Of a stretch of DNA of 62,834 nucleotides, positions 26,357-35,183 are shown piece by piece (position 1 is the first letter of the stretch; every line of letters begins with the position of its first letter). The translations under genes were made by a program, and so were the position numbers. The notes beneath the pieces were generated by a model that was not told where the DNA came from, did not search any database, and saw only the letters and a list, made by a program, of their open reading frames with translations. This DNA is from a virus. Taxonomy: Duplodnaviria > Heunggongvirae > Uroviricota > Caudoviricetes. The stretch lies in the IMG/VR virus record IMGVR_UViG_3300027365_000008. One strand, 5' to 3'.

Positions 26357-28015
26357 ATGGCGACCACGACTATCACCCCAATCATCACACAGATGGAACT
26401 TGATCGTGACCGGCTGAAGAAACTGGTTAATGGCACAGATACCGATACGGTCGTTCTTGAAAACCGTACCGAACGGTCGATTGCGAATATGGTTCAATAT
26501 CGTTTGGATACTCTGACCGTATCGTTGAACGATGCCATCACTCGGTCTGAAACCGCAGCAACCAATGCTGAGACTTCCGAAAATAATGTGGCGGCTGCCG
26601 AAACCCGCATTAATACGGTAGAGACGAATGTTTCTACCATGGAAACGGATGTTACCAACCTATATAATCAAACGGATGGGTTGGCGACTGATGTTTCGAA
26701 TACCAAAGCCGCAATTGATACGATCAAGACGGATATCGATACCACCAAATCGAATATCGATACGACTTATAGCAACATTCAGACCATTGAAACGAATGTC
26801 AATAGTACCTACTCCCAGACCAACGATCTTTATACTAACCAAGTCCAACCAGCCGTTCTTAATGCTATGAATTATAGTATGGATGCAAGGAATTCTGCGG
26901 ACGATGCCCAAGCCGCCGCTTCGACGGTTCAGAATATGATCAACTTGCCTTCAGTGGAAATGGGCAAAGCGATCCAAATGTATCCTAGGGGCGGGACAGT
27001 TATGGGCAATAGTTTGTTTTTCGTGGCCAGCGTACCCATGCCTTTTAATGGGCGTGCATTGTGGTATGAGCGTGAATTTGAAATTGCCGAGGTGGATAAT
27101 TCAGTTAGCCCTGCTACCTATACAACAGTGGATTCAAATACTACCCAGTCGAGTTTTTCCTATTCGTTCGGTGAGATGATAACAACTTCGGTTGTTTCCG
27201 ACGGTTCGGGTGGGACAAGTACGGTGACCAATGATACCTCGGGTCCGTATACTCATGATGGTACTGTGACCTATGCGTGGCGCGTGCGGGACAAATACAT
27301 CATCGAGGAAGACGCCCAAGCGGTCGTCACAACCCTCGAATGGTCTCCGTGGGAAGAATTCACCATTGATTCGACCAATGGATTCGATGTGTCTACCCCG
27401 ACGGTTACCCTAGCAAATGCAACTGACACCAGTCTGTCATTTGAAGTGACATCAGATGCATTTGATTCGACTGATACCTCAGAAACCCATGCTGTCTCCC
27501 AGTGGGCAATTATCTTGGCAGACACTAATGCCCTCGTGGAATTCCATGAGAGTAATAGTGATACCGAATCATGGACTATCCCCATCAATACGTTGCGCCC
27601 GGACGAAAGCTATAAAATTGCGGTTCGTTATATTGGTGATCAGGGTCACGAATCCAATTGGTCGACGTTCGAATTGTTTGCCACACAGGACAGCTATTAT
27701 ATCGAGCCGCCACGGGTGCATACCGATCTGGCAGACACCACCATTGATGTCTCTCAGGGTGAATTCTTCTCCTACACGCTGGATACGTCCAACGTCACGA
27801 TTGAATTTACTAACCTTCCCGGGGCAAACGCTGGTAAGGAATTCTATTTGTACTTGGAAGGGGATGGATCACTGGTCTCATGGAGTGGAAGCAATACCAT
27901 CCAGTGGTACCAAGGATCAGCACCGACATCAATTGGCAACACATGGAACCTGTTTAAATTCGTTTGGATGGGTGACAAGTTGATCGGCAAGCTGGATAGC
28001 TACGAGAATGTCTGA
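26357..28015 (+). CDS. Fibre-like protein: coiled coil, FnIII-like domains, C-terminal beta domain
   Basis: Heptad-like Thr/Asn-rich stalk; ETHAVSQW...VRY.G..G..S.WS domain shared with the long fibres. Confidence 0.65.
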   Translation: MATTTITPIITQMELDRDRLKKLVNGTDTDTVVLENRTERSIANMVQYRLDTLTVSLNDAITRSETAATNAETSENNVAAAETRINTVETNVSTMETDVTNLYNQTDGLATDVSNTKAAIDTIKTDIDTTKSNIDTTYSNIQTIETNVNSTYSQTNDLYTNQVQPAVLNAMNYSMDARNSADDAQAAASTVQNMINLPSVEMGKAIQMYPRGGTVMGNSLFFVASVPMPFNGRALWYEREFEIAEVDNSVSPATYTTVDSNTTQSSFSYSFGEMITTSVVSDGSGGTSTVTNDTSGPYTHDGTVTYAWRVRDKYIIEEDAQAVVTTLEWSPWEEFTIDSTNGFDVSTPTVTLANATDTSLSFEVTSDAFDSTDTSETHAVSQWAIILADTNALVEFHESNSDTESWTIPINTLRPDESYKIAVRYIGDQGHESNWSTFELFATQDSYYIEPPRVHTDLADTTIDVSQGEFFSYTLDTSNVTIEFTNLPGANAGKEFYLYLEGDGSLVSWSGSNTIQWYQGSAPTSIGNTWNLFKFVWMGDKLIGKLDSYENV

Positions 28016-28259
28016 TACCAATCATCCTAATCCGAATATCTGGTGGAAGAATCGTCGTCGGATGGCTTACATCGCAATCGTATGGGTCATCCTTCAGACG
28101 TTCCTGTGGGCCATTCTGGCGGCTTTTATCCCTGCCGCCATAGGTAGCCTTGGGGTGGTCATTGGATGGTCCTACGGCGTCCCTGCGACGATTATAGTGG
28201 GGTATTACAGTAACACCGCCGTTGAGGAAGCGGTTAAACACAAAAGGAATCCGTCATGA
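28008..28259 (+). CDS. Probable holin (two TM segments)
   Basis: 83 aa; basic KNRRR then two hydrophobic helices; directly upstream of the spanins. Confidence 0.6.
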   Translation: MSDTNHPNPNIWWKNRRRMAYIAIVWVILQTFLWAILAAFIPAAIGSLGVVIGWSYGVPATIIVGYYSNTAVEEAVKHKRNPS

Positions 28260-28660
28260 ATTTTCTCATGAGGTTATTTGTGAATCGAAAAACCATTTTG
28301 GCCCTGATTTTTATCGGGGCTTTATTTGGTGGTGGCTGGTATGTCAATGGCGTTATCAAGGAACGGGATGCCTTGCAAACCCAAGTCACTGCTTTGCAAT
28401 ACACCAACCAACAAAATGCCAATAAACTTAAAGCACAGGAGGAACGTCACAAGGAAGTGATGAAAAGCTATGATGCGGCCATGCGCCACTATGTGAATGC
28501 TGTTGCTGATTCCTCCGAAACAAATAACAAACTCAAATATCAATTGGAGAATCTAAACAATGAAAAACTGGATGCGTGCATGGGCACTGGCGTTGATGCT
28601 GAGTTTCTTGACCGGGTGTTCAACTACCCCACAAACGACCATACCGGCAATCACGATTGA
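28256..28660 (+). CDS. i-spanin (Rz-like)
   Basis: N-terminal TM, coiled coil, C-terminal Cys (DACMGTGV). Confidence 0.75.
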   Translation: MNFLMRLFVNRKTILALIFIGALFGGGWYVNGVIKERDALQTQVTALQYTNQQNANKLKAQEERHKEVMKSYDAAMRHYVNAVADSSETNNKLKYQLENLNNEKLDACMGTGVDAEFLDRVFNYPTNDHTGNHD

Positions 28661-28871
28661 ACAACCTGTGTATCCGAGTGATGTCTTATTGCAACCGTGT
28701 TACCCATCGAAAGAGGCAATGAAACTACTGTATGCCAAAATCGATAACAATGATCTTGTCACCCTGAAGGATATCTTGGTTCTCCTAGATAGAACGGTCA
28801 GGCAATGTAATGATCAGTTGAGCAGTCTTCGACAATGGAAGGCGTCTCAACAGTCAACGACGAGTGAGTGA
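28560..28871 (+). CDS. o-spanin lipoprotein (Rz1-like), overlapping the i-spanin
   Basis: Signal peptide with lipobox LTGC (Cys20), Pro-rich mature part, C-terminal QCN; 101-bp overlap. Confidence 0.8.
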   Translation: MKNWMRAWALALMLSFLTGCSTTPQTTIPAITIEQPVYPSDVLLQPCYPSKEAMKLLYAKIDNNDLVTLKDILVLLDRTVRQCNDQLSSLRQWKASQQSTTSE

Positions 28872-28874
28872 ACC

Positions 28875-29219
28875 ATGTCAGCAAAAATTGATTACGTCAT
28901 TTCAAGTGATTGGAATGACGGTTTTGTGTTAGAAGTGTTTGTGACCGATACCACAAGTGAAACTATTGATTCCCCAGTTGTTCACATGGAAATACCTGAA
29001 AACATTTCTGATCTATGGAACGGGAATAAGATTCAAACCAGTGACGGTTATGATGTGGAAGGAATCAACGCCGGGTCGGTATTGGAACCTAACGAGCAAT
29101 GGCGGTTCTCGTTCAAGGTGGATGGGGATGATCACACCTTGCCGACCGTGACGGATGTCCAAGGGGAGGTCGATGGTCAACTGTTGATCCTTGGCGTAAA
29201 TACGGACCAGACTCAATAA
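28875..29219 (+). CDS. Stand-alone CBM2-like carbohydrate-binding protein
   Basis: SSDWNDGF...ISDLWNG...LEPNEQWRFSF matches the CBM2 pattern. Confidence 0.65.
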   Translation: MSAKIDYVISSDWNDGFVLEVFVTDTTSETIDSPVVHMEIPENISDLWNGNKIQTSDGYDVEGINAGSVLEPNEQWRFSFKVDGDDHTLPTVTDVQGEVDGQLLILGVNTDQTQ

Positions 29220-29237
29220 CACAGGAGATTGAATTAG

Positions 29238-29795
29238 ATGAACGTAACGACTTTTACTAATATCATCGGTAGCGCAGATGGCTATGAAATCGATAGCACC
29301 CGTTTTATTCCGAGTGCATCACTGGAAGCTATCGATCATACCCTGCTGGGCGCAGTAACCGATATCGACACCGATACCCTGCCCAACGGCATGGCTGCGA
29401 TTGATCAGTATGGTGATCTGATTGTTGATCCGAATGAATACGTGTATTCTCTGAATGCACCGGTTACCCAGCGTATCGTCGGTTCTGATCATATTGCTCC
29501 GGCGAATGAAATCACCATGACCTTCGATCCGCACCGTGGAGCCATTACCGAAGTGTATCCGGTATTCCTTGATGCCTCTGGTAATCCGATTAACACGGGG
29601 TCTGGTACCGTTGAGGTTTTCATTACCTACATGTCAGGCTATGAGAAATCCATTGGTACCGTCAATGCGGCTACCCCGGAAGCCCTGACCGTGGCACCGA
29701 CCCTGTGTACTCAGGTTCGCATTGTTCCTAATACCCTTTCTGGTATCGATACCCACATGACACTGGTCACTCAGGAACGGGATTACGTGTCTTGA
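29238..29795 (+). CDS. Hypothetical beta-rich protein
   Basis: 185 aa with strong AGGAG SD. Confidence 0.6.
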   Translation: MNVTTFTNIIGSADGYEIDSTRFIPSASLEAIDHTLLGAVTDIDTDTLPNGMAAIDQYGDLIVDPNEYVYSLNAPVTQRIVGSDHIAPANEITMTFDPHRGAITEVYPVFLDASGNPINTGSGTVEVFITYMSGYEKSIGTVNAATPEALTVAPTLCTQVRIVPNTLSGIDTHMTLVTQERDYVS

Positions 29796-29824
29796 TATAA
29801 GGATTTAACTAGGTAGGAAAAGAT

Positions 29825-29846
29825 AAGGGAGCCATTTGGCTCCCTT
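29825..29846. terminator. Bidirectional terminator
   Basis: aagggagcc-attt-ggctccctt between convergent genes. Confidence 0.8.
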
Positions 29847-29851
29847 TTTGT

Positions 29852-30178
29852 TTATTGTGATTCGATGAAGGTTTCGTAAATCTCCTTTAGTTTTTCTTCA
29901 GGGCATTCATGGGGTGATTTGTTCCACAGTTCCATCATGGCATCAATGGTCTTTTCTTTTTCTGAACGAATCGGACGGAAACGATTCGGTGTCTGCCAAT
30001 AATACTTCAAATCCGAACTGATGGGGCATTTGAAGACCGCAATCCCCGGATAAATGGAAATCCCTTTCTTGTGGATGGATTCATCGGTATGTACGATGGT
30101 CACTTTATGCCACTCACCATCCGAACACACTGCTTCACATACGGTACCCACCGGAGGTAGTGAATGACCTTCAGCCAT
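29852..30178 (-). CDS. Hypothetical phage protein (LPPVG.xCE motif)
   Basis: 108 aa; starts SLPPVGTVCE...W..V.I, a motif seen in small phage proteins. Confidence 0.55.
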   Translation of the reverse strand: MAEGHSLPPVGTVCEAVCSDGEWHKVTIVHTDESIHKKGISIYPGIAVFKCPISSDLKYYWQTPNRFRPIRSEKEKTIDAMMELWNKSPHECPEEKLKEIYETFIESQ

Positions 30179-30298
30179 GCCTTCACTGAAACCAGTTTCT
30201 TCAGATCGGATTTCAATTGATCCGTTTCTATCATTTTCATCACAATTCCTTTCTTTTCAGTAAATAGGTTTGTAACCAGACAAAGAGGTATACAGGCC

Positions 30299-30670
30299 AT
30301 GTCAGAATATAATGTAGATCACAGCGTTGTCAAGAAGCCGGGGCAGGATCGTCCCCTTACATCGGAAGAAGTCGATGAATGGCTGAAATGTGCTGATGAT
30401 CCGATGTATTTCTTTACCAATTACTGTTATGTGGTTGGTCCTCGTGGAAAACAATTGTTTGATCCTCGTGAGTATCAAGAGGAATTGCTTGATGACATTC
30501 AGAATGAAAGGTATTTGATTTCAAACGCGCCAAGACAGTGTGGAAAGTGCTCGGGCAAAATGACTAAATACACCGTGAGAAACAAACACACAGGAGAAAT
30601 CTATGAACTCACGGCAGAGCAATTCCACGAAGCGGTACAAGAAGAAAATCAAAACCTTCACAATCGATGA
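30299..30670 (+). CDS. terL: Terminase large subunit N-fragment fused to a 40-aa N-intein
   Basis: EWLKCADDPMYFFTNYCYV...YQEELL...PRQCGK (T4 gp17 N-terminus to Walker A), then CSGKMTKYTVRNKHTGEI from Cys at 30548. Confidence 0.9.
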   Translation: MSEYNVDHSVVKKPGQDRPLTSEEVDEWLKCADDPMYFFTNYCYVVGPRGKQLFDPREYQEELLDDIQNERYLISNAPRQCGKCSGKMTKYTVRNKHTGEIYELTAEQFHEAVQEENQNLHNR

Positions 30671-32091
30671 GATGCTTACAAAGGTAGCCAAATTCCCGAG
30701 ACGGATGGGTGTCGATCTTTCGGTTGAAGAAATCGGTGACGTTGATCAGTTCGTCACCGTTTTCAATCGCCTTGCCAATCTCACCACCGATGAGGTCAGT
30801 GACATGTTTGGTAAAGCGATGTCAAATGAGAATAGAAACAACAAGATCAAGCTGATGCAAAGCTACCTTGCAAAGATCGTCAAGTACAACAAGGAAGTGA
30901 CGGATTACTGGCAACAGGTATTGCTTTGCCAGCAATACCCTAAAAAGACCGAGAACATGGAGTTTTACACGCTGCTCTACGGCGAGGAACATGCCAAGGA
31001 AAAATTGAACAAGAAAGCGTCACGGGTCAAAGGAGAAAACAATCCGGGCTACCAGCATGGAGGGAAATTTTCTCCTTTCAGCAAGAAATTCGTCGCTGGC
31101 GATATATCGGAAGAAACCAAGAAGAAAGCGGTGGCTTCACGAGACGCCAACAACAGCGTTACCGCTCGTCTTTCTTATTGGACCGAACGCTACGGTGAGG
31201 AAGAGGGTCAGCGCCTTTACTATGATCGTCAAAACACGTTCAATCGTGAAAAGCTAATTGCTAAGTATGGCGAGGAAGAGGGCATTCGTCGCTGGAACGA
31301 GCGCCAAGAGAAATGGCTTGCGTCACTCGAAGCACTGCCCGAGGAAAAGAAGATCGAAATTAATGCCAAGAAAGGCTTCTGGAAGCACAGCGAACCAAAA
31401 ACCCAATTGATGGACCCCGATGATCCGTTCAATCAGATCGATACCAAGCTGTATGTGATTGAATATCAGCCGCTCGGTTATGATAAATCCTTTATCAAGA
31501 TTGGTGTGACTTCCAAGTATCTGTCACAACGATTTCCTTCTGTTACGATCAAAGACGTAATCAAAGTCTATCATGCAGACCGGTTTACGAATTTTAACAG
31601 GGAATGTGAGATCAAGAAATACATACTCGGAAATCAACTATCCATTCTGATCGAATCAGAAGATAAGAAATTCGATGGATGGACCGAATGTGTAGAAATA
31701 GAACACAAAGACGAACTACTAGAGGTTGTCAATGAAGCCGTCCGAAAATACAACACGTAAGTTTGAAGAGGTAATGGAAACGTCATCGTGGGAAGTGCTT
31801 TCCCACGATGGTTGGAGAGATGTCAATTCATCGAATAAAACCGTTCCCTATGAACTCCATAGGGTTGAATTGGAAAATGGATTGACCCTTGAGTGTGCCG
31901 ACACTCACATTCTCATCACCGAAGATTTCCAAGAGGTATACGCCAAGGATTCTGTCGGGGTCATCATCAATACGATTGATGGCCCGTCCCGTGTCGTTAA
32001 AGTTGAAGCAACCGGTGTTCGTGAAAATATGTACGATCTATCGGTGTCTGGCGATAACTTGTATTACTGCGATGGTGTTCTGTCTCACAAT
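30548..32091 (+). mobile_element. Atypically split intein (IntN 30548-30667, IntC 31732-32091) with an intervening endonuclease gene
   Basis: IntN begins with Cys1. IntC has ECADTHIL (block B-like), MYDLSV...YYCDGVLSHN, then Thr+1. Splicing would rebuild Walker A PRQCGK-TT. Confidence 0.88.
30603..31760 (+). CDS. Free-standing homing endonuclease (YGEEEG repeats, GENNP motif, C-terminal GIY-YIG/T5orf172-like domain)
   Basis: AGGAG SD 6 nt before ATG 30603, inside the IntN coding sequence; KLYVIEY...FIKIGVT...QRF...REC...DGWTEC. Confidence 0.7.
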   Translation: MNSRQSNSTKRYKKKIKTFTIDEMLTKVAKFPRRMGVDLSVEEIGDVDQFVTVFNRLANLTTDEVSDMFGKAMSNENRNNKIKLMQSYLAKIVKYNKEVTDYWQQVLLCQQYPKKTENMEFYTLLYGEEHAKEKLNKKASRVKGENNPGYQHGGKFSPFSKKFVAGDISEETKKKAVASRDANNSVTARLSYWTERYGEEEGQRLYYDRQNTFNREKLIAKYGEEEGIRRWNERQEKWLASLEALPEEKKIEINAKKGFWKHSEPKTQLMDPDDPFNQIDTKLYVIEYQPLGYDKSFIKIGVTSKYLSQRFPSVTIKDVIKVYHADRFTNFNRECEIKKYILGNQLSILIESEDKKFDGWTECVEIEHKDELLEVVNEAVRKYNT

Positions 32092-33384
32092 ACCACGGTA
32101 ATGGGGTTATACGCTCTTCACATGGCGGTGTTCGAAGATGACAAGACCGTAGGCATCACCTCCTACAAGTCCGTCAACTGCAAGGATTTCATGGATCGAA
32201 TCAAATATTCCTATGAATCCCTCGAAGATTTCCTGAAGCCTCCCTGTACCGTGTACAACAAGGGGGAAGTCAAGTTCACCAACGGGTCTTCTATTTTCGT
32301 TCAGGTAACATCCGAACAAACCTTTCGCGGACGAACCATCACTGGCATGGCGATCATTGACGAATTTGCGTTCGTCAAACCCCAAGTGGCTGAGGAATTT
32401 TACACGGGGTTCATGCCGTCCTTGGAAGCGGCGGGGGAAGAGAGTTCGGCTAAGGTCGTCATCATCTCAACCCCCAACTCATCCACTGGGAAATACGCGG
32501 AATTGTCGTTTGGTGCCATGGAGGGCATGAATGGTTTCAAGTATCACCAAGTAGACCATTCAAAAATCCCCGGTCGCACCGAAGAATGGCGAGAAATGAT
32601 GATTCGCAAGCTGGGCATCAACAAATACCGTCAGGAATTTGAAGGGGCATGGCTCTCCGATAACAGTTCACTGATCAACTCCCAAGTGATCGAGTCCATC
32701 AAGCCCCTTGATCCGATTCGCCAGTACGGGGACATGGAAATCTATGTGGATTCCTTTCAAGGCCGAACCATTGCGTTCGCGTGTGATGTGTCTGAAGGAG
32801 TCGGGAAGGATAACCATGCGATCCAGTTCATCGATGTGCATACCTTTGAACAGGTAGCCGAGTTCGCCAATAACACGATTAACCAGACCAACTATTTCAA
32901 GACCATCCTGCGCATCATGCATCTGCTGTTCAATGAAGGCGCAAGAGAAGTCTATTACACGGTCGAGAACAATGGATTGGGGAATGGCATTCTTCGTCTG
33001 ATCGAAAACAGTGATGATCCCATTCTAAACCAAGCGGTGATGATCAATGACGTGAATGATCACGGTATCCCGACTGGAAAGATGGGTTTATATACCACCA
33101 ACAAAAAGAAGTTGGAAGGATGTACCCAATTGAAAGATTTGGTTGAGGAAGGAAAACTCACCCTGCGTAGTGCCAAGCTACTCAATGAACTCAGGATGTT
33201 CACTAAACATGGTGCAACCTTCAAGGCGGAAGCAGGAGCCAAGGATGATCGGGTGATGGCCATGGTACTACTCATGTTGGTGATGAAGCAATTGTCCAAC
33301 TATGAGGATTTTGTTTACGACACACTCAACGAGGTGTCGCTGGGTGATGCCTTGGATGATTCCGACTGGGGGATCATTTTCTAA
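31732..33384 (+). CDS. terL: C-intein (120 aa) fused to terminase large subunit C-fragment
   Basis: ATG 31732 with AGAGG SD; after SHN come TTVMGLYA, FTNGS, FRGRT, Walker B IIDEFAF, IISTPN, YRQEF, DVSEGVGKD, ENNGLG, KDDRVMA. Confidence 0.9.
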   Translation: MKPSENTTRKFEEVMETSSWEVLSHDGWRDVNSSNKTVPYELHRVELENGLTLECADTHILITEDFQEVYAKDSVGVIINTIDGPSRVVKVEATGVRENMYDLSVSGDNLYYCDGVLSHNTTVMGLYALHMAVFEDDKTVGITSYKSVNCKDFMDRIKYSYESLEDFLKPPCTVYNKGEVKFTNGSSIFVQVTSEQTFRGRTITGMAIIDEFAFVKPQVAEEFYTGFMPSLEAAGEESSAKVVIISTPNSSTGKYAELSFGAMEGMNGFKYHQVDHSKIPGRTEEWREMMIRKLGINKYRQEFEGAWLSDNSSLINSQVIESIKPLDPIRQYGDMEIYVDSFQGRTIAFACDVSEGVGKDNHAIQFIDVHTFEQVAEFANNTINQTNYFKTILRIMHLLFNEGAREVYYTVENNGLGNGILRLIENSDDPILNQAVMINDVNDHGIPTGKMGLYTTNKKKLEGCTQLKDLVEEGKLTLRSAKLLNELRMFTKHGATFKAEAGAKDDRVMAMVLLMLVMKQLSNYEDFVYDTLNEVSLGDALDDSDWGIIF

Positions 33385-33405
33385 TTGCTTTGGAGTTTCA
33401 ACGCC

Positions 33406-33816
33406 ATGTCTCAAAAAATTAAATTCCTGACTGGATTATATCTTCAGGACATTGATAGGAATACATTCGTTCCGTGGTTGGATAAGGATGCAGACAAGTT
33501 CAGGGTAGACAAGAATTTCGAAGTCTGGTTTGAAGGCGACACTATTGTGGTAGAGGCAGGTTACATTACTGACCTGTCCAGTGTCCCTAAGCTGTTTTGG
33601 TTCTGGTATCCGCCCGCTTCCTCGTATGGTCGCAAGCCCTCGGTGATTCATGATTACATTTACAGCCGACTGTATCATGAATACTCCAAGTCCTATGCGG
33701 ATCGATTGTTCTATGAAGGATTGAAAGCCATGGGGATGCCCAACTGGAAAGCCTATATCGCCTATTGTGGGGTTCGTTGGTTTGGAAAGGGTGGGTGGGA
33801 TAACGCATCTTACTGA
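33406..33816 (+). CDS. DUF1353-family protein
   Basis: GYITDLSSVP...SVIHDYIY...ADRLF...M...YCGVRWFG. Confidence 0.8.
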   Translation: MSQKIKFLTGLYLQDIDRNTFVPWLDKDADKFRVDKNFEVWFEGDTIVVEAGYITDLSSVPKLFWFWYPPASSYGRKPSVIHDYIYSRLYHEYSKSYADRLFYEGLKAMGMPNWKAYIAYCGVRWFGKGGWDNASY

Positions 33817-33855
33817 TAAATATCTCGGCACACTATCTGTTTATAGGAGATCACT

Positions 33856-34068
33856 ATGGCTGTATGGGAATCCCCTGATGTTCGGTTCAGGAATACCCTG
33901 TTTGGTAACGGCAAAGCAGGACGCTGGAAAGGTCCAGAACTCAGGAATACATTGCCGCCTCCCGACATCAATTATCAGTTCACGTTGAACTGGGCTGATG
34001 TCATGTTCGATGCAATGGACTTCACTGATCCGTATTCCGTTACCATAGAAAATCCTGACACCCTCTAA
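33856..34068 (+). CDS. Small hypothetical protein
   Basis: 70 aa with AGGAG SD. Confidence 0.55.
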   Translation: MAVWESPDVRFRNTLFGNGKAGRWKGPELRNTLPPPDINYQFTLNWADVMFDAMDFTDPYSVTIENPDTL

Positions 34069-34087
34069 CACAACTTTGGAGTAATCA

Positions 34088-34702
34088 ATGAGCAAGTATA
34101 TTAAGCTGTCTAACGATCACAAGGAATTGCGTTCGGCCCTGTATTCGCAGAAGCCGCGTCAGATTAAACGTCTTTCCGATGATGTGATTCATTACCACGA
34201 CTGGTTCGTGGTTGAAGAAGTCTACCCGACCGAAGCCAAGAACATGAACCTGTACCAGCCCGTAAGGGATGACTGGTATGTGGATGGTACACGGGTCAAG
34301 TTCGTCTATCGCTATGATCTGAAGCCGGTAGAAATGCGTCGCCAGTACATGGTCGATAAGGTCAATGACTACCGGGCACAGTATTTGAATCAGGCTATCA
34401 GTCTGGATGGCAATCTGTATGATCGAGATGAGAAATCGATGATGCGTATTGCCGGGGCGACCGTGATGGCGATTACCGATTCGACCTATCAGGTGGAATG
34501 GGTCACTGCCAACAATGGGTCAGTCATTCTCACGGCAGGGGAAGTGGTCAAGTTGGGCAAGGCTCAAGCCATTTTCGAATCGCGGGTCATTAACTATGCC
34601 CGGCGTATCAAGGATGAGATGTTGGCTTCGGATAGTCCAGAATCGATTGACTATCTAAACGGTTGGCCTTCGCCGCATTTCCTCTCAACCGATATCCAGT
34701 AA
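34088..34702 (+). CDS. Tail fibre assembly chaperone (DUF4376-like)
   Basis: DGNLYDRDEKSMMRIAGA...EWVTANN...LTAGEV...ARRIKDEM. Confidence 0.7.
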   Translation: MSKYIKLSNDHKELRSALYSQKPRQIKRLSDDVIHYHDWFVVEEVYPTEAKNMNLYQPVRDDWYVDGTRVKFVYRYDLKPVEMRRQYMVDKVNDYRAQYLNQAISLDGNLYDRDEKSMMRIAGATVMAITDSTYQVEWVTANNGSVILTAGEVVKLGKAQAIFESRVINYARRIKDEMLASDSPESIDYLNGWPSPHFLSTDIQ

Positions 34703-34708
34703 ATACAC

Positions 34709-34730
34709 AAGGGCTTCAATCGAAGCCCTT
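34709..34730 (+). terminator. Intrinsic terminator
   Basis: aagggcttc-aatc-gaagccctt followed by ttt. Confidence 0.7.
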
Positions 34731-34754
34731 TTCAATCTCAAAGGAGAAACTATA

Positions 34755-35171
34755 ATGCCTGCTGTTATTCTGGAATCCGCTACTACTCGCTCACCGGTCA
34801 CCTTCATTCATGCCAAACTCGAAACTGTTCCGAAAGGTCAACTTGCCAATACGTTTGAAATTGAAGATCAACCTGAACGTCCGCATGTGGAAGTGTATCA
34901 GATCGCTCGCCTCTATGGGAATATTGAAACCCAAGAAATCTGGTGGGAAGTTGAAACCAAACCGACACTGAAACCTGTCGAAGTCCTGTCCATGATTCCT
35001 CGGAGTGATCGTATCAAACTCCGTAGAGCCATTCGTATGGAACACGATGAACTCCTAGAAGACTGGTGGGAGATGTTGATTTTAGCTGAGGAAGTAAATA
35101 CAGCCGACACAGATTTCTTAGAGGGCGTCGAGCATATTGAACAGAATTTCGGCGTCAAGATTTTCAAATGA
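34755..35171 (+). CDS. Hypothetical protein, possibly a fibre assembly factor
   Basis: 138 aa with AAGGAG SD, directly upstream of the long fibre gene. Confidence 0.55.
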   Translation: MPAVILESATTRSPVTFIHAKLETVPKGQLANTFEIEDQPERPHVEVYQIARLYGNIETQEIWWEVETKPTLKPVEVLSMIPRSDRIKLRRAIRMEHDELLEDWWEMLILAEEVNTADTDFLEGVEHIEQNFGVKIFK

Positions 35172-35183
35172 TAGGGACCATAA

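Noticed and set aside
30100-30300. 66-aa minus ORF overlapping 29852-30178
   Set aside because: It overlaps a better-supported ORF in another frame and abuts the terL start; at most a short peptide from ATG 30240.
30670-31731. Group I intron interrupting terL
   Set aside because: I found no P/Q/R/S core; the interval is fully occupied by an ORF overlapping both halves, and both halves have intein termini and their own start signals. Only RT-PCR can exclude it formally.
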